A stretch of DNA of 64,000 bases, from NCBI GenBank assembly GCA_964410015.1, contig CAYPFV010000001.1:13306-77305 (forward strand). The letters are read 5' to 3'. The position numbers were made by a program, and so were the translations under genes. This document shows positions 10,141-19,578 of the stretch, in pieces (positions within the stretch are counted from its first letter, which is position 1; the number at the start of each line of letters is the position of its first letter). The DNA comes from an uncultured Bacteroidales bacterium (GTDB lineage Bacteria; Bacteroidota; Bacteroidia; Bacteroidales; UBA7960). The notes under the pieces are model-generated. The model searched no databases. It worked only from the letters and a program-made list of their open reading frames with translations, and was not told where the DNA came from.

Positions 10141-11103
10141 ATGGAAAAAAATAGCGGTTCGTCATACAATTATTCTTCCTCATCAGGAAGCACAAAAAAA
10201 AGTGCCGCATCAGGTGTGGTTATTTTCCTTTCCATTCTTGCCATTTTGTTGGGCATTGCCGGAGCAATGTTGCTGCGAGAAACCTTAAGTAACAGATATG
10301 AAATTCAAATATCTGAAAGACAAGTTCGGCAAACAAATACCGAAAAACAAGAACTTCTTGATCAGCTTAATGAAATAGAAAAACGGTATAATGAATTGAC
10401 AAAAGAATATGAAGAACTCAATGACCTGTTTCTGGCAGAGAAAAGAAAAGTTGGACAACTTAGGGCGCAATTGAGTAACAGTGGGAGTAGCAAAGGAGAA
10501 TCCCCGGGAAATATCTCCGACTTAAGAGAACAAATTACTGAACTGGAAGATCAACTGGAAAGCTACAGATCACAATTAGAAATGGTAGAAGGAGAAAATG
10601 AAGCACTTACCGGCGAAAATGAACAAATTAGAAATACTCTCTCTGAAACAACCGACCGAAACCGGCAACTGGAAACCATCAATGAAGACCTGGAGAAAAA
10701 ACTTGAAAATGCTACTATTTTAACTGTTTCTGAAATCGAAGCAACTCCCTTACATGAAAAAAGAAAAGGTGATAAACCCACAGATAAGGCAAAAAAAACC
10801 GACAAAATCAGCATTTGTTTCACAATCAATCAAAACCTGGTAGCAGACCCGGGAAACAGAGATTTTTATGTGAGACTCACAGATCCTTCAAACCAGGTAA
10901 TGAGCCTATCTCCAGACAATACCGTCGAATTTGAAGGAGAAACAATACAATACTCTGTTCTCAGAACTGTAAATTTTCAGAACGATGCACAGGAAACTTG
11001 CGTTGTATGGGATCAGGAAGAAAAATTTGCCAAAGGTTATTATAATGTAGTAATCTTTAACAACGGAAATGAAGTCGGATATAAACTCTTTCAACTTGAA
11101 TAG
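10141..11103 (+). CDS. Bitopic membrane protein: TM helix, coiled coil, beta-rich C-terminal domain, paralog 2
   Basis: 320 aa with the same architecture as 9137-10081. TM segment is VVIFLSILAILLGIAGAML. The C-terminal block (KISICFTINQNLVADPGNRDFYVRLTDPSNQVM...) aligns with paralog 1, and both proteins end in ...LE. Confidence 0.7.
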   Translation: MEKNSGSSYNYSSSSGSTKKSAASGVVIFLSILAILLGIAGAMLLRETLSNRYEIQISERQVRQTNTEKQELLDQLNEIEKRYNELTKEYEELNDLFLAEKRKVGQLRAQLSNSGSSKGESPGNISDLREQITELEDQLESYRSQLEMVEGENEALTGENEQIRNTLSETTDRNRQLETINEDLEKKLENATILTVSEIEATPLHEKRKGDKPTDKAKKTDKISICFTINQNLVADPGNRDFYVRLTDPSNQVMSLSPDNTVEFEGETIQYSVLRTVNFQNDAQETCVVWDQEEKFAKGYYNVVIFNNGNEVGYKLFQLE

Positions 11104-11265
11104 TCTCAGCAAGAAAATTCTCGTTTTTTTGTTTTTGATAAAAAGAATTCGATAAGAATTACTCTCGTTAATGTTAACAAGATAACTGATTCAAAAACGA
11201 GAATAATGCTGTATTTGACGTTTTCTGGCATAGACTAACTAAACCATCAAACAAAAACAACCATC

Positions 11266-11303
11266 AAAAACCGGCGTCTTCATTCAAGATTCCGGTTTTT
11301 TTT
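11266..11303 (+). terminator. Rho-independent terminator-like hairpin
   Basis: aaaaaccgg...ccggtttttttt forms a 9-bp outer stem plus an inner tctt/aaga stem, followed by a run of 8 T. It lies about 165 nt after the stop at 11103. Confidence 0.5.
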
Positions 11304-11315
11304 ATCCAATTTTCG

Positions 11316-11323
11316 TACTTTTG
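11316..11323 (+). promoter_or_regulatory. Candidate -7 promoter motif TACTTTTG
   Basis: Exact TAnnTTTG match immediately after the terminator hairpin. It points into the ORF-free 0.8 kb that precedes pheT. Confidence 0.25.
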
Positions 11324-11677
11324 TGTGTTTTTCACCCCACAGCAAGGTCTTAAAAAAATCAGAAAGTAAAATATTCGTCAGATTTTTTGATAGAATACGA
11401 TGAAAAATTTACAAAAGAAAATGCCTGGGGTGGTCAATAAAATGCTGGCGAGAAAAAAACTCAATTCTTACTTTTTCTTTGATTAGAATGCATCAGGTAG
11501 TATCCTAATTGTGTATTAAATACTTGATGATGAGCAGTAAAAGCACACAAGGATAAATATTGCTACTGAAAATGGATCGTCCTGAAAGAGGTGAGTAGAA
11601 GTAAAAAACACAAACCTCTCGAAAACATTGAAAAAAATACAAACAGTTAAAAATCTCAAATTCCAAAGTTAAGAAGT

Positions 11678-11710
11678 GATGTTTTTTTCAGTAGATGTTT
11701 TTTTTCAGTA
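11678..11710 (+). repeat. Short tandem duplication (gatgtttttttcagta x2)
   Basis: Two adjacent 16/17-nt units, read directly from the sequence. Confidence 0.8.
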
Positions 11711-11851
11711 CAGGAAGAACACAAACTTCTGAAATTTTGTACAAACAACTAATAAATTTAGCAAGGATAAGTAAAACAGTTTCGATGATTGATATACCTT
11801 TTATTTGGGAAGAATCCCGGTTATAAACACCCAAACCAAAACACATTATTT

Positions 11852-11945
11852 ATGAAACGAACATGTTTGCGAGTTAAACACAAACACCAGTGAAAATAGC
11901 AAACATGGAGTTCCATCCATCCATAACCTACAAAATTGTTTACGG
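11852..11945 (+). repeat. Shortened, degenerate copy of the ~130-nt repeat family, abutting the intact copy
   Basis: Four blocks align with the intact unit: atgaaacgaacatg with atgaaccgagccatg; caaacaccagtg with caaaaccagtg; ggagttccatcc with cgagctccatct; caaaattgtttacggacgaac with caaattataaacagataaac. The central ~35 nt of the unit is missing. Confidence 0.45.
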
Positions 11946-12077
11946 ACGAACCGAGCCATGACAATACTATTGACACATACACGGATGATTATAATTCAGC
12001 AATACGCTAGAAACTATAAAACCGGAATTTTGGCGAGCTCCATCTGACCGAATGATTCAAATTAAAAACAGATGAAC
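11946..12077 (+). repeat. ~130-nt dispersed intergenic repeat, copy 1
   Basis: Near-identical to 63526-63656 over the first ~47 nt (gaaccgagccatgacaatactattgacaca.acacggatgatta) and over ttttggcgagctccatctgacc...caaatta.aaacagat.aac. It ends 66 nt before the pheT ATG. Confidence 0.9.
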
Positions 12078-12143
12078 TGCTAAATAAAAAAAGTATTTGT
12101 AAACCAGATAATAACAACCATATAAGAAAAAAATAACAAATCT

Positions 12144-14612
12144 ATGAAAATTTCATTCAACTGGCTAAAGGAATACATAAAGATTGAAGAATCGCCGGAA
12201 AAAATTTGCGAATACCTTACAGATTGTGGTTTGGAGGTAGAAGGGTTGGAAAAAATAAGTTCTGTAAAAGGTGGACTTGAGGGTTTAGTAATAGGAGAAG
12301 TGATACGTTGCGAAAAGCATCCTGATGCCGACCGTTTGAGTGTAACAGAAGTAAATATTGGTAATGAGATACTGCCTATAGTGTGTGGTGCGCCTAATGT
12401 TGCCCAGGGGCAAAAAGTTGTGGTAGCTACCGTGGGCACTACTTTATACCCTTCTGAAGGAGGTGAATTTCAGATCAAAAAAACCAAAATCAGAGGGCAA
12501 CAATCAAAGGGAATGATATGTGCTGAAGACGAAATCGGATTGGGAGAAAATCACCAGGGCATTATGGTGCTCGACCCCTCCGCTGAAACAGGTGCTCCCG
12601 CCTCGGTATATTTTGACATACAAACGGATTATACCATCGAGATCGGACTTACCCCAAACCGGATAGACGCTGCATCGCATTTGGGTGTTGCCCGCGATCT
12701 TGTTGCGGTGTTTAATCACCTTTATCCCGATAAAGAATCTCATCTCATTAAACCCGATGTGAGCCATTTTCTGGTTGATGAAAATACCTGTCCTGTAAAA
12801 ATAACCATTGAAGATACAGAAGCCTGCCCAAGATATACTGGGTTATGTATTAGCGGGGTTAAAATTGCTGAGTCACCTGAATGGATAAAAAACAGATTAA
12901 AAACCATAGGACTTAAACCGATCAATAACCTGGTAGATATTACCAACTACGTATTACACGAAACAGGTCAACCCCTGCATGCTTTTGATGCCGATAAAAT
13001 AGAAGGCAACCAGGTAATCATTCAAAAACCATCAAAAGGCACTACTTTTATAACACTTGATGAAGAGGAAATTAAACTATCGGGCAATGATCTGATGATA
13101 TGCAATGCCCGTGAACCTATGTGTATAGCAGGAATTTTGGGTGGTATAGAATCAGGGGTAACAGAGCAAACCCAAAACATATTTTTAGAGAGCGCATACT
13201 TTAATCCTGCCCATATCAGGCGATCGTCAAAACTACACTCTATCAATACCGATGCGTCTTTTCGTTTTGAAAGAGGAGCCGATCCGGAGATGACAATTTT
13301 TGCTTTGAAAAGAGCAGCACTGCTCATTAAGGAAATTGCAGGAGGCAAAATCACTTCTATGGTAATGGATGTTTATCCTAACCCCCAAAAACCAACTGAA
13401 CTCCAATTTCATTATCTAACTGCTGATAAGCTGATTGGAAAGACTATTGAAAGGGAAACCATTAAAAACATACTGCGTTCTCTCGAAATAAAAATCAAGG
13501 AAGAAAATGAAAAAAATCTTTTGCTCCAAATACCAGCCTACAGAGTTGATGTAACACGAGAAGCTGATGTAGTGGAAGAAATTCTTCGCATTTATGGTTA
13601 TAATAAAGTAGAACTACCGGAGAGATTACATGCCTCTATTGTTTCTACCCCAAAACCCAATAAAAACAAATTACAAAATATTTCTTCCGAACTGCTCTCA
13701 AACAGGGGATTTGTTGAGATCATGAATAATTCGCTCTCAAAAGCAGCTTATTATTCAAATGATCAAAATTTTTCCGAACAATCGGTAGTTAAGATTCTGA
13801 ATCCATTGAGCCAAGACTTAAGTGTAATGCGTCAAACCTTATTTTTTGGGGGAATGGAAAGCATTCTTTGGAATCAAAACCGAAAGATTACTAACCTGAA
13901 AATTTATGAATTTGGTAATATTTATTTCAAAGAAAATACTGGAGATTATGGCACAAAAACTCCACTACCCGGATACCATGAAAATATCAGATTGGACCTT
14001 TTTATGTGTGGAAATCTCAAACCTGAAAGCTGGTATGAAAAGGATAATCCCGTTGACTTCTTTGACCTGAAAGCAGAAATCATAAATCTACTCAAAAGGA
14101 TAAACATACCAGTGAAAGAATTGAAGGCACAGGAAATGCAACCAATTGGATTCTATGAAACAGGTCTAACTTATTCTTACAACAAAGAAATACTTTTTGA
14201 AGTAGGACTGGTCTCCGGCAAATACCTGAAAATGTTTGATCTGAAACTACCAGTATTCTATGGCTCAGTAAACTGGGATCTTGTACTAAAACTTTCTGAT
14301 AAAAATAAACTCATTTTCCGGGAGATACCCAAATTTCCTGAAGTGCGAAGAGACCTTGCCCTTTTGATCAACAACAATGTTAAATTTGCTGACATAGAAA
14401 GAGTTGCCCGCCAGGCAGAACGTAAAATACTAAAAGAAGTAAGACTTTTTGACATTTATCAGGACAAAAAGATCGGTGAAAATATGAAATCATACGCCGT
14501 TAGCTTTACACTTCTGGATGAAAAGAAAACACTCACCGACAAGGAAATTGATAAATCCATGGATAAAATCAGCAAATCATTGCAACGAGATCTTCATGCG
14601 TCACTGAGATAA
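12144..14612 (+). CDS. pheT: Phenylalanine--tRNA ligase beta subunit
   Basis: 822 aa. The canonical N-terminus is MKISFNWLKEY. The tRNA-binding domain carries HPDADRL..C.V, and B3/4, B5 and C-terminal anticodon-binding-like regions follow in order. Confidence 0.95.
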   Translation: MKISFNWLKEYIKIEESPEKICEYLTDCGLEVEGLEKISSVKGGLEGLVIGEVIRCEKHPDADRLSVTEVNIGNEILPIVCGAPNVAQGQKVVVATVGTTLYPSEGGEFQIKKTKIRGQQSKGMICAEDEIGLGENHQGIMVLDPSAETGAPASVYFDIQTDYTIEIGLTPNRIDAASHLGVARDLVAVFNHLYPDKESHLIKPDVSHFLVDENTCPVKITIEDTEACPRYTGLCISGVKIAESPEWIKNRLKTIGLKPINNLVDITNYVLHETGQPLHAFDADKIEGNQVIIQKPSKGTTFITLDEEEIKLSGNDLMICNAREPMCIAGILGGIESGVTEQTQNIFLESAYFNPAHIRRSSKLHSINTDASFRFERGADPEMTIFALKRAALLIKEIAGGKITSMVMDVYPNPQKPTELQFHYLTADKLIGKTIERETIKNILRSLEIKIKEENEKNLLLQIPAYRVDVTREADVVEEILRIYGYNKVELPERLHASIVSTPKPNKNKLQNISSELLSNRGFVEIMNNSLSKAAYYSNDQNFSEQSVVKILNPLSQDLSVMRQTLFFGGMESILWNQNRKITNLKIYEFGNIYFKENTGDYGTKTPLPGYHENIRLDLFMCGNLKPESWYEKDNPVDFFDLKAEIINLLKRINIPVKELKAQEMQPIGFYETGLTYSYNKEILFEVGLVSGKYLKMFDLKLPVFYGSVNWDLVLKLSDKNKLIFREIPKFPEVRRDLALLINNNVKFADIERVARQAERKILKEVRLFDIYQDKKIGENMKSYAVSFTLLDEKKTLTDKEIDKSMDKISKSLQRDLHASLR

Positions 14613-14629
14613 ATCAGAAAATTCCAACC

Positions 14630-14665
14630 AAAAAGCGGATATCATTTTCATAATATCCGCTTTTT
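14630..14665. terminator. Bidirectional rho-independent terminator between convergent pheT and the C25 gene
   Basis: Perfect 13-bp stem aaaaagcggatat / atatccgcttttt with a 10-nt loop. A/T runs on both sides. Confidence 0.8.
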
Positions 14666-14730
14666 GATTATCAATTTTCACATTACGAACATATTCATTA
14701 TTCATCATGTGAAAAATCTCCATTGTTTTG

Positions 14731-17700
14731 TTAATCCATTTTCGTGATCTTTCGAGTCAGGGTTGTGTTTTCAGTCACTGTTTTTATGAAATAGTTCCCT
14801 TTAGGCAAATGATCAAGGTCTAAAACCTGAACTCCTCTTATGTCGTGTGCTGAAAAAACAGTATTCCCCAGTACATCCAAAATGTAAACTTCTGAAGGGG
14901 ATTCTTCTGAAACATCTATTGTGAGCATAGAACTGAAAGGATTTGGATAAACACTCAGGTCATTACTATTAAGATCGTTTACATTCAGACCTGTAGCCTT
15001 CAAAACAATATCAACAGTAACATTTTCTCCCATTAAAAATATACTACCTTCATTGTCATGATAACCTTCTCTTTTCACAATATAATTATACAAACCGTTA
15101 TCTAACCCAATCATCAAATAATTACCCGGCTCGTATTCACTACCTTCCATAACAACAACAGCGTCGTCAACCTGGTTTCCAAATTCATCCTGGACATCAA
15201 AAAGTGCCTCCAGTTTGATCTCAATAAGAAAAACATCTATTTCCATATGATCATCAACCAATTCCATGGTACCTTCAACTTCATAAAAATCCTCTTTATG
15301 TATTTTATAGGTGTAGGTGCCGGGAAGCATTTGCTCAAACATCATAACACCCGGATCATATGTATCATCATTGATTGTAATTACTGCATCTGACACCTCT
15401 CCATATTCGTTTGTGATGTTGAAAGAAACATTATAAATATCCTGCAAAGCAACTCCTATTTCAATATCCTCGTCAACAAGTTCAAAATCACCTTCAACAC
15501 TCAGATATCCATCTTTTTCAACACGATAGGAATAATCACCTGCAAATAATCCTTCACTGGTATAGGTACCTTCTGCTAATGAATTATTGTCGATGAGTAT
15601 CTTAGCATCATCTACAGTATTCCCATATACGTCTTCAACATTGAAGGTGACATGATAACGTGGCCATGGAGTAAGGGTAACAGATTCGGTTACATCTGCA
15701 TTGGAAATAATTACCTGTCCTTCCGCATCGAAGTGTTCATTTTTGCTGATCACATAATCATAAGTACCGGGAAGTAATTCTGTAAGTGTGTATACACCGG
15801 CACTATGGGTATTGCCATTGACAGTTATAACTGCATTTTGCAGTGCTTGTGTACCGTCAGATATTTGGAAAGTAAGCGAAAATAATTCCTGAAGTTGAGC
15901 GGCAACTGTAACGTTGTCATCTGTAATTTCGAACTCACCTGAGGCAGATTGATAACCGTCGAGTGAAACTTCAAATTGGTATTCGCCAGCAACCAGAGAA
16001 TCAATATCATACTGACCTGGTTCATATGTATAATCATTAATGGTAACAGAAGCATCAGTGAGAGGTTCTCCTTCGGTATCCTCTACGGTAAATTCGGCTT
16101 CATAGGTCGGTAATGCTTCAAGAACAGCATTTATGGTAAGTTCTTCGCCATCTACATCGAAATTACCAGAATCAGAAGTATAAGCATATTTTGATACAGA
16201 ATATTCATACGCTCCATCCACAACAGAAGGAATTACATATTGTCCTTCAGGGTAGGTGAATCCATTAAGGGTAATACTTGCACCTTCCACGGGATCCCCA
16301 TATGTATCTTCCACCGTAAAGGTAACATCGTATCCAGGCAATTCGTAGTGAATAATTATCTTCCATGAATTATTTTCTACAAAAGTATAATCTTCATTGC
16401 TCCCACTTCCACCCCAGGTGCGGAAAGCATGTAGTTCAAAGGTTATATCTCCACCACCGGTAACGTCATTGGCGATGGTAAGATCATTTCTGCTGTAATC
16501 GAATGTTCCACCTGAGCTATTACTACCGGAGGAAACGGAAGACTCAGTAGTACCACCTTCTGAAACACAGCGAATAAAAGATCGCTGCTCACTCATCCAT
16601 GCGCTATTTTCAGAAGTCATCGAATATTCTGTGTCAACACCTGTTATTATGGCTCCCTCGGGGATTGTTACGGTCATAATACCAGGTTCCTGGGCATTAC
16701 TTTGTGTGTTGGGTGATGGATTGTAGGTTGTTGGTATATTCCCGTCGCTGTATACGGGTGCCTGCCCTATGATAATCTCTCTGGTTTCCTGTGTGGTATA
16801 TTCTCCGGATTGCATTTCAAAATCAATCAAAGCGGGAGATTCTGCAGGGGATTGTGCAGAGGCAGAAAATACGAAAGTAGCTGTATCAGATGCTAATGGT
16901 TCTATAGCACTTAACTGATAATTATTTTGAGTAAAACTTAACCATTGACTTTCAGACTCTGCAGAAATCTCTGTGTTTTGACTAACTGCCTGTCCTGTAT
17001 TGGTAACAACAATATGAAGGTCGGCAGTTTCACCAGGATCCAAAACACCAGGGTTCAATTGGCCATCATCTTCAATCCAAAGTGTTTCAAAAACCATCTC
17101 CGGTGCCGCTCCTGAGAGTCTCATAGTAGATTCCCATGTTTCATTACCATCGGTTACCTGCAACAGGGCAGTAGCACTATGGTTGTTGGGTATATCTTCT
17201 GCTACAGCAAAAGTAAAAGCATTGGCAACGGTGGCAGTATTATCTTGATCTCCACTGTTAACTGTTCCAAAATCTACAGGGTTATCATCGGTTAATGAAA
17301 AATATGGATCATCAATTGTGATGGTTGCTGTAACATTTTCTGCATTTTCAACACCAACATTTTTCAATGTCACATCAATACCGGTATTTTGTCCGTAGAT
17401 AAAAAGCTCACTTTCATTATTGGGTGTAAAACTATCAAGCAATACATAAGGTCCATCGGGTGGAATAACTTCAATTTCTTCATTGATATACGTTACCTTG
17501 TTAAAAGCGGTGATGGTAAGGGTAAGATTTTGTGGTTGTGTAATTTCTTCATCAAAGTCAACAGTTGCAACACCTTCAGAGATATATGCCCTGCCAACGA
17601 TTACAACCTCTTCTTCAACCTCATCGTAACGGGTAAGTGCTACGGTAGCATCTTCAGCATTTTCGGCCATCACTTCAAAAGAGTTTGTTCCCATTAAAAT

Positions 17701-19500
17701 AACAGGATTATAATCCACAACCAATTCCTGGGGAACATCTGTTCTTACCATAAGAGTAGGATCACCAAAAAGTACCCAGGTATCGTGGGTAAGCACACCT
17801 TGGTTATCATATGCGGGAATCATAGCCATACTTCCATTTGCAGACAGTCCACCATAGGTTCTTTTGATCATTTCATACCCAACAATACTTTGCTCTGTTA
17901 ACAGCGCTACCATCTCATCCTGGCCTTCCATAGGAGGTTGCCAGGGTTGATTGATGGTTGACATGAGTGTTCCTACTGCGCCAGTGGGCTCTCCATCATG
18001 AGTGGCACGCATCCAGGATTCTGCAAAAGAGTAATTATTGACAAAATTCCCGTTTACACATGCTACAGACCAGATAAAAGGTAATTTTCCGGTATTGGTC
18101 AGCTGATTTACATGAGAAATGCTGTATCCTGCTACACTCCAACCAGTTACAGAGCCATGATTAATAAAATTGATGGTACTCACACCTTCATTGATATCAT
18201 TTGAAATATCGGTGGCAGTTGTGTTGGGGACACCGGGAACCCCACCATCATATCTTTTATGAACTACATCATATGTGAAATTCAATAAGGTATCTCTGAT
18301 AAAATCCATATGCTCATAATCTGCCTCACCGTTGTGCCCGTTGCCAGCCCCTTCATTTCTGGCAATACCTAATCCGGTGCTGAGCCAGGTATCTTCTGTT
18401 GTCATATCTCTCTCATATTCTATCATTCGCTGAACCTGGGTTTCAACCTGTTCGACATTTTCGGCAGAAAATCTTCCAACAAAAATTTCATTATAAGAAT
18501 CATTGCCCGTTATATATCCGTAGGCGTTATCAGAATGTCCATTGCTGGTTGTCATAGGTTCTAATTGTGGGCCATCTCCAACAAGAAGCAGATGGGCAAA
18601 ATCTTCATTTTCGTTGTAATAATCTACCACAAAAGATTTAATCTCGGAAGCAGATGAACCCACTTCTGATTTTGCCAGCAGTTCGGTTTTTCGTCCTGTG
18701 GTTCTTTTCCAGTCAACAAAAGGTTTCATAGCATCCACAAAATCATCATGAGCAATAATGAGCAGACTACCCTCTTCTCCTTCAAGAAACTGGTAGTTTT
18801 TTTCAGCGGCATTCATGTTTAAGAACATATTATTATAAATATTACTGAACTCTGAATCTGCTCTTATCTCATTTTTGTCCCTAATCAGCGGATTATCAGC
18901 GATCTCGCCATTGCTTTCAAGAACCACAGTCAAAGAGGTAAAAACCCTAAGTGTTTTAGATACCGGATTATACTGAAATGGGAAAACTGTAACGGTTTGT
19001 CCACGAAAATCCCGAATAATAAAAGGATCCTCTAACTGTGCCAGTTCATTGGGCCAAAATGCATCTTTACGATAAACTTCTGCATATTCATAAGGTACAT
19101 CCTCAGGATTAATATCTCTGGTAAAATGTCCTTTGGAGGGAGCGATGTCAATGCCTTCAATATCAATAAACTCCTTTGCGATAACCTTTATATTCATATT
19201 TTCTGCGTCGGGAATCACAACAGAGGTATGAAGTTTACCAAGATCGGGCATTCCTTTTTCAGTGATTTGCGTGCCATTAAGAGTTCTGATGATTGTTTGA
19301 ACACCATCTGGGGTTTCAACGCTTTCTGATAAATACCCCTCTAAATTAAAATTGATTTGAGTTTTGTAAACATCACTCTCTATCAAATCAATATTGGCTT
19401 CTTTTGGTTGTTGGCTGGTAAACCCATTCCAGTTTTGTGCCAAAACAAAAGAGTATGAACTGATAAATAAGAAACAAGTAAAAAGTACAATCTTTTTCAT
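14731..19500 (-). CDS. Gingipain-family (peptidase C25) multidomain T9SS-secreted protein A
   Basis: 1589 aa, with these parts in order: signal peptide; C25 propeptide-like N-domain; catalytic region (LLLVGD, GRFSA, candidate His in INHGSVTGW and Cys in WSVACVNGNF); two Ig/CARDB-like domains; a ~133-aa unassigned domain; six ~75-aa carboxypeptidase-regulatory-like repeats; and a T9SS C-terminal domain (LSVYPNPFSSMLTI...GNYFIKTV). Confidence 0.9.
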   Translation of the reverse strand: MKKIVLFTCFLFISSYSFVLAQNWNGFTSQQPKEANIDLIESDVYKTQINFNLEGYLSESVETPDGVQTIIRTLNGTQITEKGMPDLGKLHTSVVIPDAENMNIKVIAKEFIDIEGIDIAPSKGHFTRDINPEDVPYEYAEVYRKDAFWPNELAQLEDPFIIRDFRGQTVTVFPFQYNPVSKTLRVFTSLTVVLESNGEIADNPLIRDKNEIRADSEFSNIYNNMFLNMNAAEKNYQFLEGEEGSLLIIAHDDFVDAMKPFVDWKRTTGRKTELLAKSEVGSSASEIKSFVVDYYNENEDFAHLLLVGDGPQLEPMTTSNGHSDNAYGYITGNDSYNEIFVGRFSAENVEQVETQVQRMIEYERDMTTEDTWLSTGLGIARNEGAGNGHNGEADYEHMDFIRDTLLNFTYDVVHKRYDGGVPGVPNTTATDISNDINEGVSTINFINHGSVTGWSVAGYSISHVNQLTNTGKLPFIWSVACVNGNFVNNYSFAESWMRATHDGEPTGAVGTLMSTINQPWQPPMEGQDEMVALLTEQSIVGYEMIKRTYGGLSANGSMAMIPAYDNQGVLTHDTWVLFGDPTLMVRTDVPQELVVDYNPVILMGTNSFEVMAENAEDATVALTRYDEVEEEVVIVGRAYISEGVATVDFDEEITQPQNLTLTITAFNKVTYINEEIEVIPPDGPYVLLDSFTPNNESELFIYGQNTGIDVTLKNVGVENAENVTATITIDDPYFSLTDDNPVDFGTVNSGDQDNTATVANAFTFAVAEDIPNNHSATALLQVTDGNETWESTMRLSGAAPEMVFETLWIEDDGQLNPGVLDPGETADLHIVVTNTGQAVSQNTEISAESESQWLSFTQNNYQLSAIEPLASDTATFVFSASAQSPAESPALIDFEMQSGEYTTQETREIIIGQAPVYSDGNIPTTYNPSPNTQSNAQEPGIMTVTIPEGAIITGVDTEYSMTSENSAWMSEQRSFIRCVSEGGTTESSVSSGSNSSGGTFDYSRNDLTIANDVTGGGDITFELHAFRTWGGSGSNEDYTFVENNSWKIIIHYELPGYDVTFTVEDTYGDPVEGASITLNGFTYPEGQYVIPSVVDGAYEYSVSKYAYTSDSGNFDVDGEELTINAVLEALPTYEAEFTVEDTEGEPLTDASVTINDYTYEPGQYDIDSLVAGEYQFEVSLDGYQSASGEFEITDDNVTVAAQLQELFSLTFQISDGTQALQNAVITVNGNTHSAGVYTLTELLPGTYDYVISKNEHFDAEGQVIISNADVTESVTLTPWPRYHVTFNVEDVYGNTVDDAKILIDNNSLAEGTYTSEGLFAGDYSYRVEKDGYLSVEGDFELVDEDIEIGVALQDIYNVSFNITNEYGEVSDAVITINDDTYDPGVMMFEQMLPGTYTYKIHKEDFYEVEGTMELVDDHMEIDVFLIEIKLEALFDVQDEFGNQVDDAVVVMEGSEYEPGNYLMIGLDNGLYNYIVKREGYHDNEGSIFLMGENVTVDIVLKATGLNVNDLNSNDLSVYPNPFSSMLTIDVSEESPSEVYILDVLGNTVFSAHDIRGVQVLDLDHLPKGNYFIKTVTENTTLTRKITKMD

Positions 19501-19527
19501 AAAAAAATGGTTTGTAGTCGGGTTAAT

Positions 19528-19566
19528 AAAAAGAAAAAAGCCGGGATTATAAATTATTATCCCGGC
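19528..19566 (-). terminator. Rho-independent terminator between the two C25 genes
   Basis: On the minus strand, gccgggat...atcccggc forms an 8-bp GC-rich stem followed by ttttttcttttt. It lies 13 nt after the stop of the upstream (19579-24426) gene. Confidence 0.7.
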
Positions 19567-19578
19567 ATATAAATAATA

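Noticed and set aside
11117-11204. 12-nt inverted repeat attctcgttttt / aaaaacgagaat with a 64-nt loop just after the second coiled-coil gene
   Set aside because: The arms are A/T-rich and the loop is long. A much better terminator lies 60 nt downstream, and I see no evidence that this is more than chance complementarity.
14950-16330. Periodicity of about 230 bp in both C25 genes (also 19870-21200), which could be mistaken for a CRISPR-like or satellite array
   Set aside because: The periodicity is in frame and corresponds to six diverged ~75-aa protein domains. There are no identical short direct repeats with unique spacers. No CRISPR array exists anywhere in the window.
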